From the NCBI GenBank assembly GCA_038230375.1, contig JBBRNJ010000001.1, positions 96,001-160,000 of the forward strand: a DNA stretch of 64,000 nt. Direction: 5' to 3'. This stretch comes from Polyangiales bacterium (GTDB taxonomy: Bacteria > Myxococcota_A > Polyangia > Polyangiales > Polyangiaceae). Shown piece after piece: positions 28,950 through 39,623 of this stretch (position 1 is its first letter; every line of letters begins with the position of its first letter). The translations under genes and the position numbers were made by a program. The notes below the pieces were generated by a model. That model searched no databases. It was not told the origin of the DNA and saw only the letters and a program-made list of their open reading frames with translations.

Positions 28950-29501
28950 GTGGCTCGAGCGTTCTGGATTTTTGGCGCGGCGTTCGGTTCTATGATTCCC
29001 GTCGGGCTCGCTGTGGCTGCGTCCGCGATGTCTGATGCGTTGGTGGATGTTGCCGTTCGTGCGGCTCGTCTGACGCAGTCGGAGGCGCCCGCTCCTTCCG
29101 AGATCCTTGTGGTGATCGACGACCCATCTCATCGGATCGTTGCCACGCTTGCAGCGGGCTGCAAGGCCGACATTCCATGTGAGATTGCGATCGCGATCAC
29201 GGCGGCTCCGGGGCGCACCGTGAGCGTGGAATATCCTGCTGCCTTCCATGTGAGCGAGAGCGAGGGCGTCAGCTTTCCCGTCGCGCGTGAGACGATGCGG
29301 CGCGGCAAGCTCGTGCCCTCGTTCGATCGCCTGAGCGGATCCATCGAGCCCACCATCGACCACGGGCAGATCATCCACGTACTGCTCACGCCTGCTGCCA
29401 CCGCTCCGCACCGCGTGAACGGCCGGCTGCGATTTGCCACGTGCGACGCGGTGACGTGCAAGGTCGAGTCCGTGGAGCTGCATCTGCTGCTACGGAGCTG
29501 A
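28950..29501 (+). CDS. Exported protein, possible DsbD N-terminal-like Ig domain
   Basis: Hydrophobic N-terminus; C-terminal G.LRFATCDAVTC; lower codon bias. Confidence 0.45.
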   Translation: MARAFWIFGAAFGSMIPVGLAVAASAMSDALVDVAVRAARLTQSEAPAPSEILVVIDDPSHRIVATLAAGCKADIPCEIAIAITAAPGRTVSVEYPAAFHVSESEGVSFPVARETMRRGKLVPSFDRLSGSIEPTIDHGQIIHVLLTPAATAPHRVNGRLRFATCDAVTCKVESVELHLLLRS

Positions 29502-29525
29502 GCCCTCCGGAGGGGAGCGCGCGAA

Positions 29526-31061
29526 TCACTCTCTGCGCTCGTGGAGCTCCTTCTCGAACAGGAAGTTCACGCTGGGCACGTAGAAGCAGAGCGGCGCGGC
29601 GTCTCCCGCGATCTCCTTTGCGCGGCGCGAGATCACGCTGCCGTCGAGGGGCACGCACGCCGAGACCGGGATCCCCAGGTCGATCTCTTGCCGCGACAGG
29701 CGCCCGCGCAGAGGCTGGCTCGAGATCGCGCGATCCTGCGGAACGCAGTACGCAAGGAACGCATTCCAGTCGGGGAAGCACTCCTTCCACTCACCCGTGA
29801 GCTCCGGCGCAGCGCCCGGCCGAAGATCGAGCGTCGCGTCCGGCGCGGAGCCTGCGCCCGGTTCGAGCGCGACAGAGATCGCGCCGTCCTCACGCCGGGT
29901 GATGTTGCCCTTCGCCAGCACGTGCATCGGCATGCCCTCCGTGAGCAGGCGCGCGCAGAGCGCCGGCACCACATGCGTGACCGCATTCGTGAGGAAGTAG
30001 ATGCCGCGGACCTTCGTCTCCGGAATCTCGATGTGGATGCGCCAGTTCGTCTGCACGGGCGACGGCATGAGGCGGCGCAGCGGGCCCAGGAGCGCAAACC
30101 CGAAGTGACCGTGCTGATACGTGAGGAACGAGAACAGCGCCCACGCGCCATCTGGTCCGAGTCGCTGAAGCGTCAGGCCTTCCGGCACCATCTCTTGCGC
30201 GCGCGCCGCCGGGATCAGGTAGTTCACGTACACCACGTGCGAGATGTTGCTCCGCATCGTGAGCTCCGGCAGCGGCTCCAGCAGCGCGCCCATGAAGCGG
30301 CTGTTCGCGAGCCAGTCGAACGTCCGCGCGACGGGGCCCGCACCCGGGTATTTCCAGCGCGCGAGCCTTCCCCACGGCTCCTCGGGTCGTGCGCGCTGGA
30401 GCACCTTCTCGGTCACCATCACGAGCCACACCTGAAGCAGCGTGAAGCCTATGCCGTTCGACGCGGACACGAATGCAGACGATGGACGCATGCCCGGAGG
30501 AAGCAGCGGCGACACGACGGCGATCCCCATCACGCTCCACAGAGGCACGCTGAGGAGCGTGAGCGCACGCGACCACGTGCCCGCCTTCGCGAAGGAGTAC
30601 GTCCACCCAAGCGCGGCGAGCGTGTAGAACAGGGCACCCCATGCAGCTGTGAGCGGGAACACCTGTCGCTCGAACGCCAGGTACGCGGCGGCGTCCGTCT
30701 GCGCCAGCTCCACGCCGCGCGTGATCCAGAGCGCCTGCGCGTACTGGTCCGGCATCACGGCGATCAGCGTGAAGAGCAGCACCAGCGTGGTGCCCACGCG
30801 CGGCAGCCATCGCACGCGCACCATCGCCACCGCGAGCGCCAGGTCGGCCACGGCGCAGAGCTGCCAAGGCAGCCACCCCAGGCGAAACAGCCACGCGTGC
30901 TCCGCGATGTATGTTACCCGCGCGCTATCCGACGGCGCGCTTCCACCCGGCAACGCGGGAAGCAGGAACAGCGCCATGCCCACCATGGCAAGGCCGTGCA
31001 CCAGGAAGTTCGCTAGCAGCGCCCACTCGAGCGTCCGGTCGCGCGATGCTGACCGCTCCAT
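29526..31061 (-). CDS. Membrane protein fused to a DUF2071/acetoacetate-decarboxylase-like domain
   Basis: 6 N-terminal TM helices then VVYVNY...VPEGL.L...QTNWR...GIYFL; start at MERSASRD. Confidence 0.65.
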   Translation of the reverse strand: MERSASRDRTLEWALLANFLVHGLAMVGMALFLLPALPGGSAPSDSARVTYIAEHAWLFRLGWLPWQLCAVADLALAVAMVRVRWLPRVGTTLVLLFTLIAVMPDQYAQALWITRGVELAQTDAAAYLAFERQVFPLTAAWGALFYTLAALGWTYSFAKAGTWSRALTLLSVPLWSVMGIAVVSPLLPPGMRPSSAFVSASNGIGFTLLQVWLVMVTEKVLQRARPEEPWGRLARWKYPGAGPVARTFDWLANSRFMGALLEPLPELTMRSNISHVVYVNYLIPAARAQEMVPEGLTLQRLGPDGAWALFSFLTYQHGHFGFALLGPLRRLMPSPVQTNWRIHIEIPETKVRGIYFLTNAVTHVVPALCARLLTEGMPMHVLAKGNITRREDGAISVALEPGAGSAPDATLDLRPGAAPELTGEWKECFPDWNAFLAYCVPQDRAISSQPLRGRLSRQEIDLGIPVSACVPLDGSVISRRAKEIAGDAAPLCFYVPSVNFLFEKELHERRE

Positions 31062-31136
31062 CGCGGCGAGCCTATCATCGCGGCATGGCAACAAGGAGCT
31101 TGCCGAGCAGCGTCCGCGCTGGCAGAACATCGCACG

Positions 31137-32180
31137 ATGCGTGAACGGCGGCTTCTGTGGGTACTTGGTCTGTGCGTCCTTGCGGCGTGCGGGCAGGCGG
31201 CTAGCCAATCGCAGCCCGATGGCGACGCGGGCGCCGGTAGCGACAGCGGGGCCGACGGGTCCGTTACCACGCAAGACGGGGCAACCGCAGAGAGCGGGAG
31301 CAAGGGCGACGCAACGACCGACGGCAGCGTCGACCAGCCCGACGTGGTGGTCCCTGCGCGGCTCGCGCTCCGCGTGATGGCGGCGAACACCACGAGCGGC
31401 ACGCAGCAATCGTACGAAGCGCCCGGCATCCGCATCTTCCAGGGCCTCACGCCCGACATCGTGCTGGTGCAGGAGATGAAGTTTGCGGGCGGCCTTCGCG
31501 CGTTCGTGGACACCGCGTTCGGCAAGAGCTTCAGCTACTACGTGGAGACCCGCGTTGGCGGCATCCCGAACGGCATCGTGAGCCGCTACCCCATCCTGGA
31601 CTCCGGGACGTGGTTGGACACGAACGTGTCCGATCGCGCATACGCGTGGGCGCGCATCGACGTGCCGGGCCCGACGGATCTCTGGGCTGTGAGCTTGCAC
31701 CTGCTCACCACGGGCATCGCGCAGCGCGACGCCGAGGCCAAGGAGCTGATAACGAACATCCAGGCGAACATTCCGCCCGGTGATTTCCTGGTCGTGGGCG
31801 GGGACCTGAACACCGACGCGACAGACGAGCTCGCGCTCCTGGACCTTGCGACCGTTGTGGTGGTGAACGCACCGTTCCCCGTGGACCAGGCCAGCAACGG
31901 CAACACCAGCACGAACCGCAACCGCCCGCACGACTGGGTCCTTGCAAGCCCAGGCCTCGACACGCTCGCGGTCCCGGTCGCGATCGGTGCATCGAGCTTT
32001 CCCGCTGGCCTCGTCTTCGACAGCCGCATCTACGCGCCGCTGGCCGAGGTCGCGCCGATCCTGGCCACGGACTCCGCGGTGACAGGCATGCAGCACATGC
32101 CCGTGGTCCGCGACTTCATGCTGGTGAACCCGGGCGCGGATTCCGGCGCCGATGCCGCGGACGACGCGGACGGGCTATGA
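31137..32180 (+). CDS. Endonuclease/exonuclease/phosphatase (EEP) family lipoprotein
   Basis: Lipobox LAAC; MAAN, PDIVLVQE, SRYPI, SLHL, GGDLN, DWVL, QHMPV. Confidence 0.85.
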   Translation: MRERRLLWVLGLCVLAACGQAASQSQPDGDAGAGSDSGADGSVTTQDGATAESGSKGDATTDGSVDQPDVVVPARLALRVMAANTTSGTQQSYEAPGIRIFQGLTPDIVLVQEMKFAGGLRAFVDTAFGKSFSYYVETRVGGIPNGIVSRYPILDSGTWLDTNVSDRAYAWARIDVPGPTDLWAVSLHLLTTGIAQRDAEAKELITNIQANIPPGDFLVVGGDLNTDATDELALLDLATVVVVNAPFPVDQASNGNTSTNRNRPHDWVLASPGLDTLAVPVAIGASSFPAGLVFDSRIYAPLAEVAPILATDSAVTGMQHMPVVRDFMLVNPGADSGADAADDADGL

Positions 32181-32189
32181 TGTAGCGAG

Positions 32190-33314
32190 ATGCGTAGACG
32201 TGCGTTCCTTTCGCTGCTCGCCTCGGGTGTAGCGCTCCGGGGGCTCGCGCACGCAGACGACACGAGCGATGGAGGCGATGCGCGCGTGGGCTCGCTGCTC
32301 GCACAGGCGCTCGCGGGGCTTGGGGGGCCGGGCGCAGCGGGCGCAGTGGTGGTGAATGGAAAGGTCCTGGCGCGCGCCGCGTTCGGCACGCACGTGATTG
32401 CGGGCGCCGGCCGCGCGCGCGATCACGTGACCATGGACTCGGTCTTCCGGATCGCGTCCATCACGAAGGTGCTGACTGGCATGGCGCTCCTTCGCCTGAG
32501 AGACGACGGGCAGCTCGCGCTCGGTGATCCGCTTTCGAAGTTCTTGCCCGAGGCGGCGTCACTCACGGGTCCCACCGGCAAGCCCGTGCAGGTGACCCTG
32601 CGCCAGCTGGTCACGCACACCTCCGGTCTGCCGCGCAGCGTTCCGAACGACATCAGCGAGGCGGGCCTGCGCACGCTCCTCTCGCGCACGCGCACCATCA
32701 CCGAGCCCGGCACGCACACCGCGTACTCGAATTTCGCCGCGGGTCTGGTGGGTCTCTGCGTGGGCAAGCTGGCCGGACGCCCCTACCGCGACCACGTGAA
32801 GGACACGATCTGCACGCCGCTCGGAATGAGCCGCGTTGCATGGAGCACGAACGACATCCCCGCGGCGACGCTCGCGACAGGACACGAATGGAAGAGCGAC
32901 GTGGACGGACACGTGACGCTGGTCCCCGCGAAGGCCGAATGGAAGATGGGCGCCGCCGAGGCGTTCGGGGGCATGTACGCGTCCGCAGAGGACATGCTGA
33001 AGCTGCTCGCGTTCCAGCTCTCGGCGTATGGTGATCTCCCTGAGAGCCCGGTGCTCGCGCGCCGCTCCATCATCGAGTCCCACACGCGACTGGCCACGGG
33101 TCAGCCGGAGGCGGAGCAGCACGGCGTGTTCTTCTGGCTCGGCACCGGCGACGAAGAGCTGGTCTGGCACAGCGGCGCCACGGACGAATACTCGGGCTCC
33201 ATGGTGCTCTGGCCGAAGAAGCGCGCCGGCGCGGTCATCCTTCAGAACCACGCCGACGTGAACGGCGTTGAGCGCGCGACGAAGCGGCTCGTGCGCGCCG
33301 CGCTACAGACGTGA
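32190..33314 (+). CDS. Tat-exported serine hydrolase (beta-lactamase class C-like)
   Basis: RRRAFL Tat motif; ASITK (SxxK), HTSGL, YSN, HSG. Confidence 0.88.
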   Translation: MRRRAFLSLLASGVALRGLAHADDTSDGGDARVGSLLAQALAGLGGPGAAGAVVVNGKVLARAAFGTHVIAGAGRARDHVTMDSVFRIASITKVLTGMALLRLRDDGQLALGDPLSKFLPEAASLTGPTGKPVQVTLRQLVTHTSGLPRSVPNDISEAGLRTLLSRTRTITEPGTHTAYSNFAAGLVGLCVGKLAGRPYRDHVKDTICTPLGMSRVAWSTNDIPAATLATGHEWKSDVDGHVTLVPAKAEWKMGAAEAFGGMYASAEDMLKLLAFQLSAYGDLPESPVLARRSIIESHTRLATGQPEAEQHGVFFWLGTGDEELVWHSGATDEYSGSMVLWPKKRAGAVILQNHADVNGVERATKRLVRAALQT

Positions 33315-33316
33315 CG

Positions 33317-35662
33317 CTACAAACAGAGGGACACGCCCTGCGTCTCCTTGCAGGTGCCCACCTTGCATGGAGAGGTCGCGCTGCAGGTCTGAAAGCAGTG
33401 TTCGAGCGCGCCGGCGTGACGCCAACCCGGCAAGCACTTCGGCGCCACGAACGGATCGCCAGCCTCGCATCGGAGCAGCTTCTCGCAGTCGCTGCCGTAG
33501 GTGCGCAAGCAGTCCGCGTCTGGCGCCCCGGGAAAGGCCTCGCATGCGGGGCTCTTCGTCACGGTCTCGTGGCACGTGCACGTCTCCTTTGCTCCTGGCG
33601 TGAGGGAGACCTCCGCCTTCTTCGTCTGCGCGGCAGGTTGATCGAAGTCCCACACCGCCATGTGGTCCTTGCGCGACCACCCAAGGGAGGTCGCCTCGCC
33701 CTTTTGCACGATCGTGATCTCTCCGTTTCCGGTCTCCCACGCGATCGACAGGATCGCCGGCTCACCGTCCATCGCGATGGTGGCTGACACGTAGCTGTCC
33801 GTCGTCATGGTCATGCTGTCGCGGCTCGCGCGCACGGCCGTGAGCGACACGGGCCGCGGACCGGCGCCCCCCGCGTGGTACGGATCGGCGACGCCCGGAT
33901 CCTTCTTGCACACGAAGCGAACCCACTCGCGCACGGTGCGGATCGCGCAGTCCAGCGGCGGTTGGTAGTAGGTCTTGTCGAAGAGCGCGGGATGCTCGAA
34001 GCCCACGTGCAGCGCCTTCTGCCATTCGTCCTCGGTGGGGGCGCGCGTGCGACCCGCCGGAAGCGCGAGCGGCTCTTCCTGCGTTGGCGGTGGCGCCTGC
34101 AGTGTTGCAGCGAGCGCGTTCGCGAGCGCGGCGTGACCCTTCGCAGTCATGTGCAGGTCGCCGAGGAGAAACGCGCCCGGCTCGGCCTTCGCAAGCGCGT
34201 CTTTCGGGTCCAGCGCGCTCACGCCCAGATCCGCGGACAGCGCGACAATGTCGTCCGCAAGAATCGCAGTGGACGCGACGTCGATCGGAGGGGTCGTCAC
34301 CCCGTATTTTTCCCACTCGGTCGCGCTCACCTGTACGTCGATCGGAAGCGCGACAACGATCAGCCTGGCGCCATGCGTATCGCAGAGTTCTTTCATCTTC
34401 GTGAGGTGCGGCGCCATCGGCGAGGACTCGCGCGCCTTGCGGACCGGCGCCGAGAGGAGCGCATCCAGTTTGCGCTGCCGCTCGAGTCGCTCCTGGAAGG
34501 ACGCCGCCAGTGCTGTGTCCCCTGCGCCCGCCTTCGACTCTGCCTCCACCTCGCGGCGGATGCGCGCCTCGACCAGGCGCCTCACCTCTGCGCCCGCGAC
34601 CAGCGATGACACGGTGACGTCCCGCCCACGCGAGGCCTCCGACGGGACGAAGTGCGTCTCCAACACCACGATGTCCTCCGGTGAGCCGTGCGCCTTCGCG
34701 TACGCCTGCCCTGCCTGGTCGGCGACCAGGTCCGGGTGCTTCTGGGCGAGGACCTTCTCCACCTCCAGCTGTGAAGCTTGCAGCGCCTCTTCTTGCTTCT
34801 TCTTCTCCGCGGCGAACGTGGTCTCCGCGCTGGAGCCGCCCGCGGAGACCTCGTGCGCGATGACGCCGAGATCCTTCCACGAGCCCTCCGACGAGAACCC
34901 GCTCTGCGTGGAAGCGGTCACGCCCACTCCGCGCAGCGCGAAGAAGAGATGCGAGTCGCGATAGAGGAACGTGCGGCCGGGGAACTGGGCCACGCCCTGC
35001 GGCGCAGTCTCCTTGCGCACGGCCCACCCGTCCCACACGACATGCCGATCCACGTTGCGGCGCGACGCCTCGAAGAGATCGTTCGCGAGGTTCACCACGT
35101 ACACAACGATGAGACCGCGCGGCGTGGCGCTCCGTTCAATTACACCAGGGCGCGAGGCCTTGGCCGGATGACGCGAGGTCAGGAGGCGCTTTGCTACTGC
35201 GGTGTACTCGTCCGGCCCATACGTGGGGACGCCGGCGTTGATGACGGTGCGCCCCGCGATGGTCTTCGAGAGCACCGCGGAGAACGTCTCGTCCTCCTGC
35301 ACGCCCAGACCGAAGACCTGCGAATCGCCCACCACGATGATCTCGTCGTCCGCGGGCGGCGGTAGCCCAGGGCCGCGGAAGCCCTCCGCGCCGATGCGCA
35401 CATCGGTCACTGGATTGCCGTTGAACGCGATCTTCTCCGTGGCGAGCGGGCGCAGGCGGGTGCCCAGCTCAGCGTCGGCTTCGTACACGTTGAGGTGGGG
35501 AAAGGCGCCGTGATCGCGCAGCCGGAAGATCTCCTCCGAGAGGCCCACACCGACCGCGAGACCCAGGACCGCCATCAGCACGCGGCGGCGCCGGCGGGTC
35601 CTTCGCGGTGGAGCCGTTGTCCTGGCAGCGACGCCCTCTTCCTGCGTGCCCTGTCCGTCCAC
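33317..35662 (-). CDS. Membrane-anchored SGNH/GDSL-hydrolase-like protein with Cys-rich C-terminus
   Basis: GDSQVFG (block I), NAGVPTY, NDL, DLHMTAKGH (DxH); N-terminal TM. Confidence 0.75.
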   Translation of the reverse strand: MDGQGTQEEGVAARTTAPPRRTRRRRRVLMAVLGLAVGVGLSEEIFRLRDHGAFPHLNVYEADAELGTRLRPLATEKIAFNGNPVTDVRIGAEGFRGPGLPPPADDEIIVVGDSQVFGLGVQEDETFSAVLSKTIAGRTVINAGVPTYGPDEYTAVAKRLLTSRHPAKASRPGVIERSATPRGLIVVYVVNLANDLFEASRRNVDRHVVWDGWAVRKETAPQGVAQFPGRTFLYRDSHLFFALRGVGVTASTQSGFSSEGSWKDLGVIAHEVSAGGSSAETTFAAEKKKQEEALQASQLEVEKVLAQKHPDLVADQAGQAYAKAHGSPEDIVVLETHFVPSEASRGRDVTVSSLVAGAEVRRLVEARIRREVEAESKAGAGDTALAASFQERLERQRKLDALLSAPVRKARESSPMAPHLTKMKELCDTHGARLIVVALPIDVQVSATEWEKYGVTTPPIDVASTAILADDIVALSADLGVSALDPKDALAKAEPGAFLLGDLHMTAKGHAALANALAATLQAPPPTQEEPLALPAGRTRAPTEDEWQKALHVGFEHPALFDKTYYQPPLDCAIRTVREWVRFVCKKDPGVADPYHAGGAGPRPVSLTAVRASRDSMTMTTDSYVSATIAMDGEPAILSIAWETGNGEITIVQKGEATSLGWSRKDHMAVWDFDQPAAQTKKAEVSLTPGAKETCTCHETVTKSPACEAFPGAPDADCLRTYGSDCEKLLRCEAGDPFVAPKCLPGWRHAGALEHCFQTCSATSPCKVGTCKETQGVSLCL

Positions 35663-35740
35663 GAAGGTCAGTCTACGTCGGTTTGGGGAAATTCCGCATC
35701 AGTGCTCAAGGGTGCGCCGGAACATCCGTTGTTTTGATCC

Positions 35741-37018
35741 ATGAGCGTGCATGGTGCAGCCGCGCGGGTCCTTTTGGAAGACGACGCGCCCGCGCTGCGC
35801 TGTACGCCGGATCGATTTCCGAGAGCGCTCACGCACGGCACGCTCGAGAGCTATGGCGTGGAGCAGATCGTGCTCGGCCTGCGCGCCGGCCATCGCTCGG
35901 GCACCCTGGTCTTTGGAAGCAAGGAAGCGCCCAATGCGGAGGTCGTGTTCGAAGGCGGGCACGTGCGCAAGGTCCGCTCCACGCTGTCGGCATACCTGGG
36001 CGGCGTTCTCTACGAGCTGGGTTACGTCGACCCGGAGACCCTGAATGCGTCGCTCGCAGCGGTCGCACAGCGACGCGTCCCACACGGCGCCGTGCTTCAA
36101 GAGTGCGGCTCCGTACGCCCAGAGCAGCTACGTCTTGGCCTGCTCGAGCAGATGGAGCGTCGCATTGCGGACCTGATCGGCCTCGCCGCCGAGACCGCGT
36201 GGGTGTTTCACGAGGACGTGGATCTCTTGCCGCGCTACGGCGGCGCCGACTGGCCGCTGGTGGATCCGACGGGCGCCGTCTGGCGCGGACTGCGACAGAA
36301 TGCGCGGCTGGATCTGATGCACGGCCTGCTGGCGGCCGCGGGCGATGACCGGTTCATCCTGGTCCAGAACGCGGCGCTCGACACGCTGAAGCTCACAGTC
36401 GAAGAGCGCGCCGTGGCAGAGACGTTCCGCACGCCGCGCAGCGCGAAGAGTCGACCGGCTCCCCTGTCGGCGACCACGATCGCGAGCCTCACGTACATGC
36501 TCCTGGGCGGCGGCTTCCTCCGCCTTGCACCCAAGGTGTCCACGCTGCTCCGGATGGAGCAACGCGAGAGCGTCCGCATCGAGTCGTCACCACACCTTGC
36601 GCTTTCTCGTGTGCGCGCGCTCGCGCAGGCCGGTCGAATGACGGAGGCCCTCTCCGTGGCGCGGGCGAGCGCCGAGCGTTTCCCGGATGCAGTGGAGCTG
36701 CGCGTGGAGGCCGCCTGGATCCTCGCGAACGAGCCGGGCGCGGGCGGGAGGACCTGGGACGAGAGCCAGGTGCGGGCTTTCGATGCGCTGCTCGCGGCGA
36801 ACCCGCGATGCGCAAGCGCCTATTTTTGCCGCTTCAAGCTGCTGCGCCGTCTGGGGCTCGCCGAGGACGCCTTCCGCGACCTCTCGCGCGCGGTGGAAGA
36901 GGATCCGCGCCACATCGACGCAACGCGCGAGCTGCGCCTGATCGAGTCGCGCATGACCAAGGGTCAGACCGTGGACGTCGCAATGCTCTGTCGCGCCTCC
37001 GGCGTACAGCGCAAGTGA
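35741..37018 (+). CDS. DUF4388-like N-terminal domain + TPR protein
   Basis: GTL....VEQI..GL....RSGTL...V.FEGG.V, LGGVL; C-terminal TPR ...DP.H.DA.RELRL. Confidence 0.7.
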   Translation: MSVHGAAARVLLEDDAPALRCTPDRFPRALTHGTLESYGVEQIVLGLRAGHRSGTLVFGSKEAPNAEVVFEGGHVRKVRSTLSAYLGGVLYELGYVDPETLNASLAAVAQRRVPHGAVLQECGSVRPEQLRLGLLEQMERRIADLIGLAAETAWVFHEDVDLLPRYGGADWPLVDPTGAVWRGLRQNARLDLMHGLLAAAGDDRFILVQNAALDTLKLTVEERAVAETFRTPRSAKSRPAPLSATTIASLTYMLLGGGFLRLAPKVSTLLRMEQRESVRIESSPHLALSRVRALAQAGRMTEALSVARASAERFPDAVELRVEAAWILANEPGAGGRTWDESQVRAFDALLAANPRCASAYFCRFKLLRRLGLAEDAFRDLSRAVEEDPRHIDATRELRLIESRMTKGQTVDVAMLCRASGVQRK

Positions 37019-37030
37019 AGGCGCACGGCG

Positions 37031-39619
37031 CTACAGAGCGCCTTCCAGACCAATGCTCGGGATGGTCACGGGACCGATCAGCATCGGCGTGCACGTCTGT
37101 CTGATCTGAAGCGCTTGCCCAGCCGGGTAGCTGCATTTGGCGCTGATGGCCTCCTTCTGGAGTGTCACGTTCATCCACTCGAAGACCAGCGCGAGCCAGG
37201 CGCCCCTCTTCAAGTTCCACTTCTTCTCGAAGCGCGCATCGAAGCGGAAGAAGTCTGGCAGGCGCGTATTGTTGTACGGGGGGATCGGGATGTCGGCGAT
37301 CTGCTGCGAGTACGGCGTGCCCGTGTAATAGACAAAGCGCGAGCCAAAGCGGAAGCCCGCGCCCAGATCGAACGCGCCAATGATGTTCAGCACGTGCGTG
37401 CGATCGTACTCGCCCAGGATTGTCCCCGTGCTTCCACGTCCCTGCGCGGCGAAGACGGCCGACCCGATGTCACTCGTGCCCGTGGGGATCTTGGAGAGAT
37501 CGATGATGTCGCGCGGCGCGTTCGTGGTCCGCGTGGTGCGGCTCAGCGTGTAGGCCAGCCAGCCCGTGAAGCGCTTGGTGAGCGAACGACGGATGAGCAC
37601 CTCCAGCCCATACGTTCGGCCGCGCACGCGCTCGTCCACGCAGTTCCCGGCGACGTTCGAGCCCTGGCATGACGTGATCAGATCCGTGAGCCCCAGGTAG
37701 TCCTGGTTGAACACCGTCGGCGTGAACGTGAACGCCGCGGGCAGCTCGATCTCGAAGCCCTGGCTCAGCGTGTACGCGGACTGGAGACCCGTGCGCAGGC
37801 TTCCGAGCGCAAGGCCGGGCACCGGCACGATGAACGATGGCGGCTGGTGTGTGATCGCCACTTGCTCGATGCTGACGACCTTGGGATGAATGCGAATGCG
37901 CGTCGCGAGTCGTGGATCGAACGAGGGCACGCCGGTGCCGCCGCCAGCGAAGAGCACGTTGCCCGTCGCAGCCGCGACAGCAGAGGTGTCCTGCGCGGAG
38001 CCGAAGTAGTCGAAGCGCGCGCCGGGGACGATCTCGACCCTGGGGTGCGGCTTGTAGATGAAGTCGAACCACACACCCATCGCGAGGTCCCTGCGCGGCG
38101 GAATGAAGCCGTTGCCGGAGCTCGAAGACGATGATGATGACGAGCCCGAGGTGTCCGGCGTGGGGGTGCCGCTCGGGTCCGAGCTGCTCGGAGGCGGCGC
38201 GGTATTGGTGCTGCTGTTGTTCTTGTTGTCGCCCAGCGACGAGACGGCGTACACATCGAGCCACACGTCCGAGCCGGCGCGAAACGTGAGCTCGGGTCCC
38301 AGCTTCTTCGTGAGGTCGAAGCGCGCGCCCACGACGGTGTCATGCACGCCAATGGTGCTTGCGGCGCCGGTGAGGTCGTAGCCGAGCGTGGTCGCGAGTC
38401 GCATCTGCCCGTCCTGGATCTTGTGATCCCAGCGCAGATCGAGCCGATGAAACTGCGTACTGAAGATGTCCTGGAATTTTCCGTCCGATTCCGCGCCCAG
38501 GTAGTCGAAGCTGCCGAACGCGAACATGCTCAAGGTGTCGTCCTTGGTGATGCGATACGCGACGCGCGTCTGGTAGTCCCAGTAATCCAGCCGCACCTTG
38601 TTGCCCGTGACCGCCGCGGCCAGCGTGAGCAGCGCGGCGGTGTAGCTGTAGCGACCCGCGGCGAGCACCGTCACGTTCGGGCCGATCGGCGTCTCCACCA
38701 GAATACCTGCGTCGATGAAGCGCACGTTGCCTTCACCGTGCAGCTCCACCGCGGGCTGCCGTGTCTCGCCGCTCAGGATGCCGCCCGTGTACCTGCCGAA
38801 GCGCGCGGGGAAACCGCCCGGAGAGAAGTCCACGTGGTCGATGAGCCCGGGATGCACCACGCTGGGGCCAAGGCCCAGGTGGAAGAGCAATGGGACACGC
38901 ACTCCATCCAGGAAGTACCCGGTGTTGCCAGGCGGAGCGCCGCGCACGTAGAAGAACGGCAGGCCGCTCAGGATGGGCGTCACGCCAGGCATCGCCTCCA
39001 TCGCGCGAAACGCGTCGCCGAACGCGCCCGGGATCTGGCGGACCTCGCCGCCACCAAGCGTGACCTGCCCGGCCTCCTTGCGAACGCCGGTGACCTCCAC
39101 CTGCTCGAGCACTGACGCACCGCCACCTGGCGCCGTTGTCGCGCCCGGTGCTCCGCCTTCTGCGCCCGCGTCGGCCGTGCCGCCATCGGCCGCGGGCTCC
39201 ACGGCACCTCCGTCTGCGTCCGCGAGCACGGGCCTTGGCGCAGAGAACTCCACGCGTACGCGGATCCTTGCCGCAACGGCGACCTCACCACGATGCGCGG
39301 GCTGGAACTTCCAATCGGCCGCGGCGGCAAGGGCGGCGTCGGCGAACGGCTGCGCGCCGTCCACCACCTTCACCGTGGCGACATCGCCATAGGCATCCAC
39401 GAGCAGCTCGACGACGACGACGGCGTCGCCCGCGCCTCCTTTCGGATAGGGCACCTGCGGCAACACGGTCGCCTTCGGCGGAACCAGCGCTGGGGCCGGA
39501 GGTGGAGCTGGAGGTGTCTGCGCGCTCGCTACCGCATGGAACGCGAGGAGCGCGAACGCGAACGCCAGTGCTGCGGCGAACGCGCGCGCCATTCTGCGCC
39601 AGCACCACGGAGCCGCCAT
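37031..39619 (-). CDS. TonB C-terminal domain fused to TonB-dependent receptor
   Basis: Signal peptide; YP...V.VELLVD..G.V...WKFQPA (TonB-C); IPGAFGD...PGV...VRG...DGV.VP.LFH (plug); beta-barrel ending PSIGLEG. Confidence 0.88.
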   Translation of the reverse strand: MAAPWCWRRMARAFAAALAFAFALLAFHAVASAQTPPAPPPAPALVPPKATVLPQVPYPKGGAGDAVVVVELLVDAYGDVATVKVVDGAQPFADAALAAAADWKFQPAHRGEVAVAARIRVRVEFSAPRPVLADADGGAVEPAADGGTADAGAEGGAPGATTAPGGGASVLEQVEVTGVRKEAGQVTLGGGEVRQIPGAFGDAFRAMEAMPGVTPILSGLPFFYVRGAPPGNTGYFLDGVRVPLLFHLGLGPSVVHPGLIDHVDFSPGGFPARFGRYTGGILSGETRQPAVELHGEGNVRFIDAGILVETPIGPNVTVLAAGRYSYTAALLTLAAAVTGNKVRLDYWDYQTRVAYRITKDDTLSMFAFGSFDYLGAESDGKFQDIFSTQFHRLDLRWDHKIQDGQMRLATTLGYDLTGAASTIGVHDTVVGARFDLTKKLGPELTFRAGSDVWLDVYAVSSLGDNKNNSSTNTAPPPSSSDPSGTPTPDTSGSSSSSSSSSGNGFIPPRRDLAMGVWFDFIYKPHPRVEIVPGARFDYFGSAQDTSAVAAATGNVLFAGGGTGVPSFDPRLATRIRIHPKVVSIEQVAITHQPPSFIVPVPGLALGSLRTGLQSAYTLSQGFEIELPAAFTFTPTVFNQDYLGLTDLITSCQGSNVAGNCVDERVRGRTYGLEVLIRRSLTKRFTGWLAYTLSRTTRTTNAPRDIIDLSKIPTGTSDIGSAVFAAQGRGSTGTILGEYDRTHVLNIIGAFDLGAGFRFGSRFVYYTGTPYSQQIADIPIPPYNNTRLPDFFRFDARFEKKWNLKRGAWLALVFEWMNVTLQKEAISAKCSYPAGQALQIRQTCTPMLIGPVTIPSIGLEGAL

Positions 39620-39623
39620 GGGC

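Noticed and set aside
27975..29483. 502-aa - strand ORF with SRSR/SMSM/SKSK runs
   Set aside because: Antisense to two plausible genes; the run is the microsatellite read in another frame
31062..32096. Extension making an 856-aa fusion with the DUF2071-like protein
   Set aside because: Antisense to the EEP lipoprotein gene
32190..33314. Antibiotic-resistance beta-lactamase call (also 60199-61704)
   Set aside because: SxxK/YxN motifs are shared by many esterases and peptidases; resistance cannot be inferred
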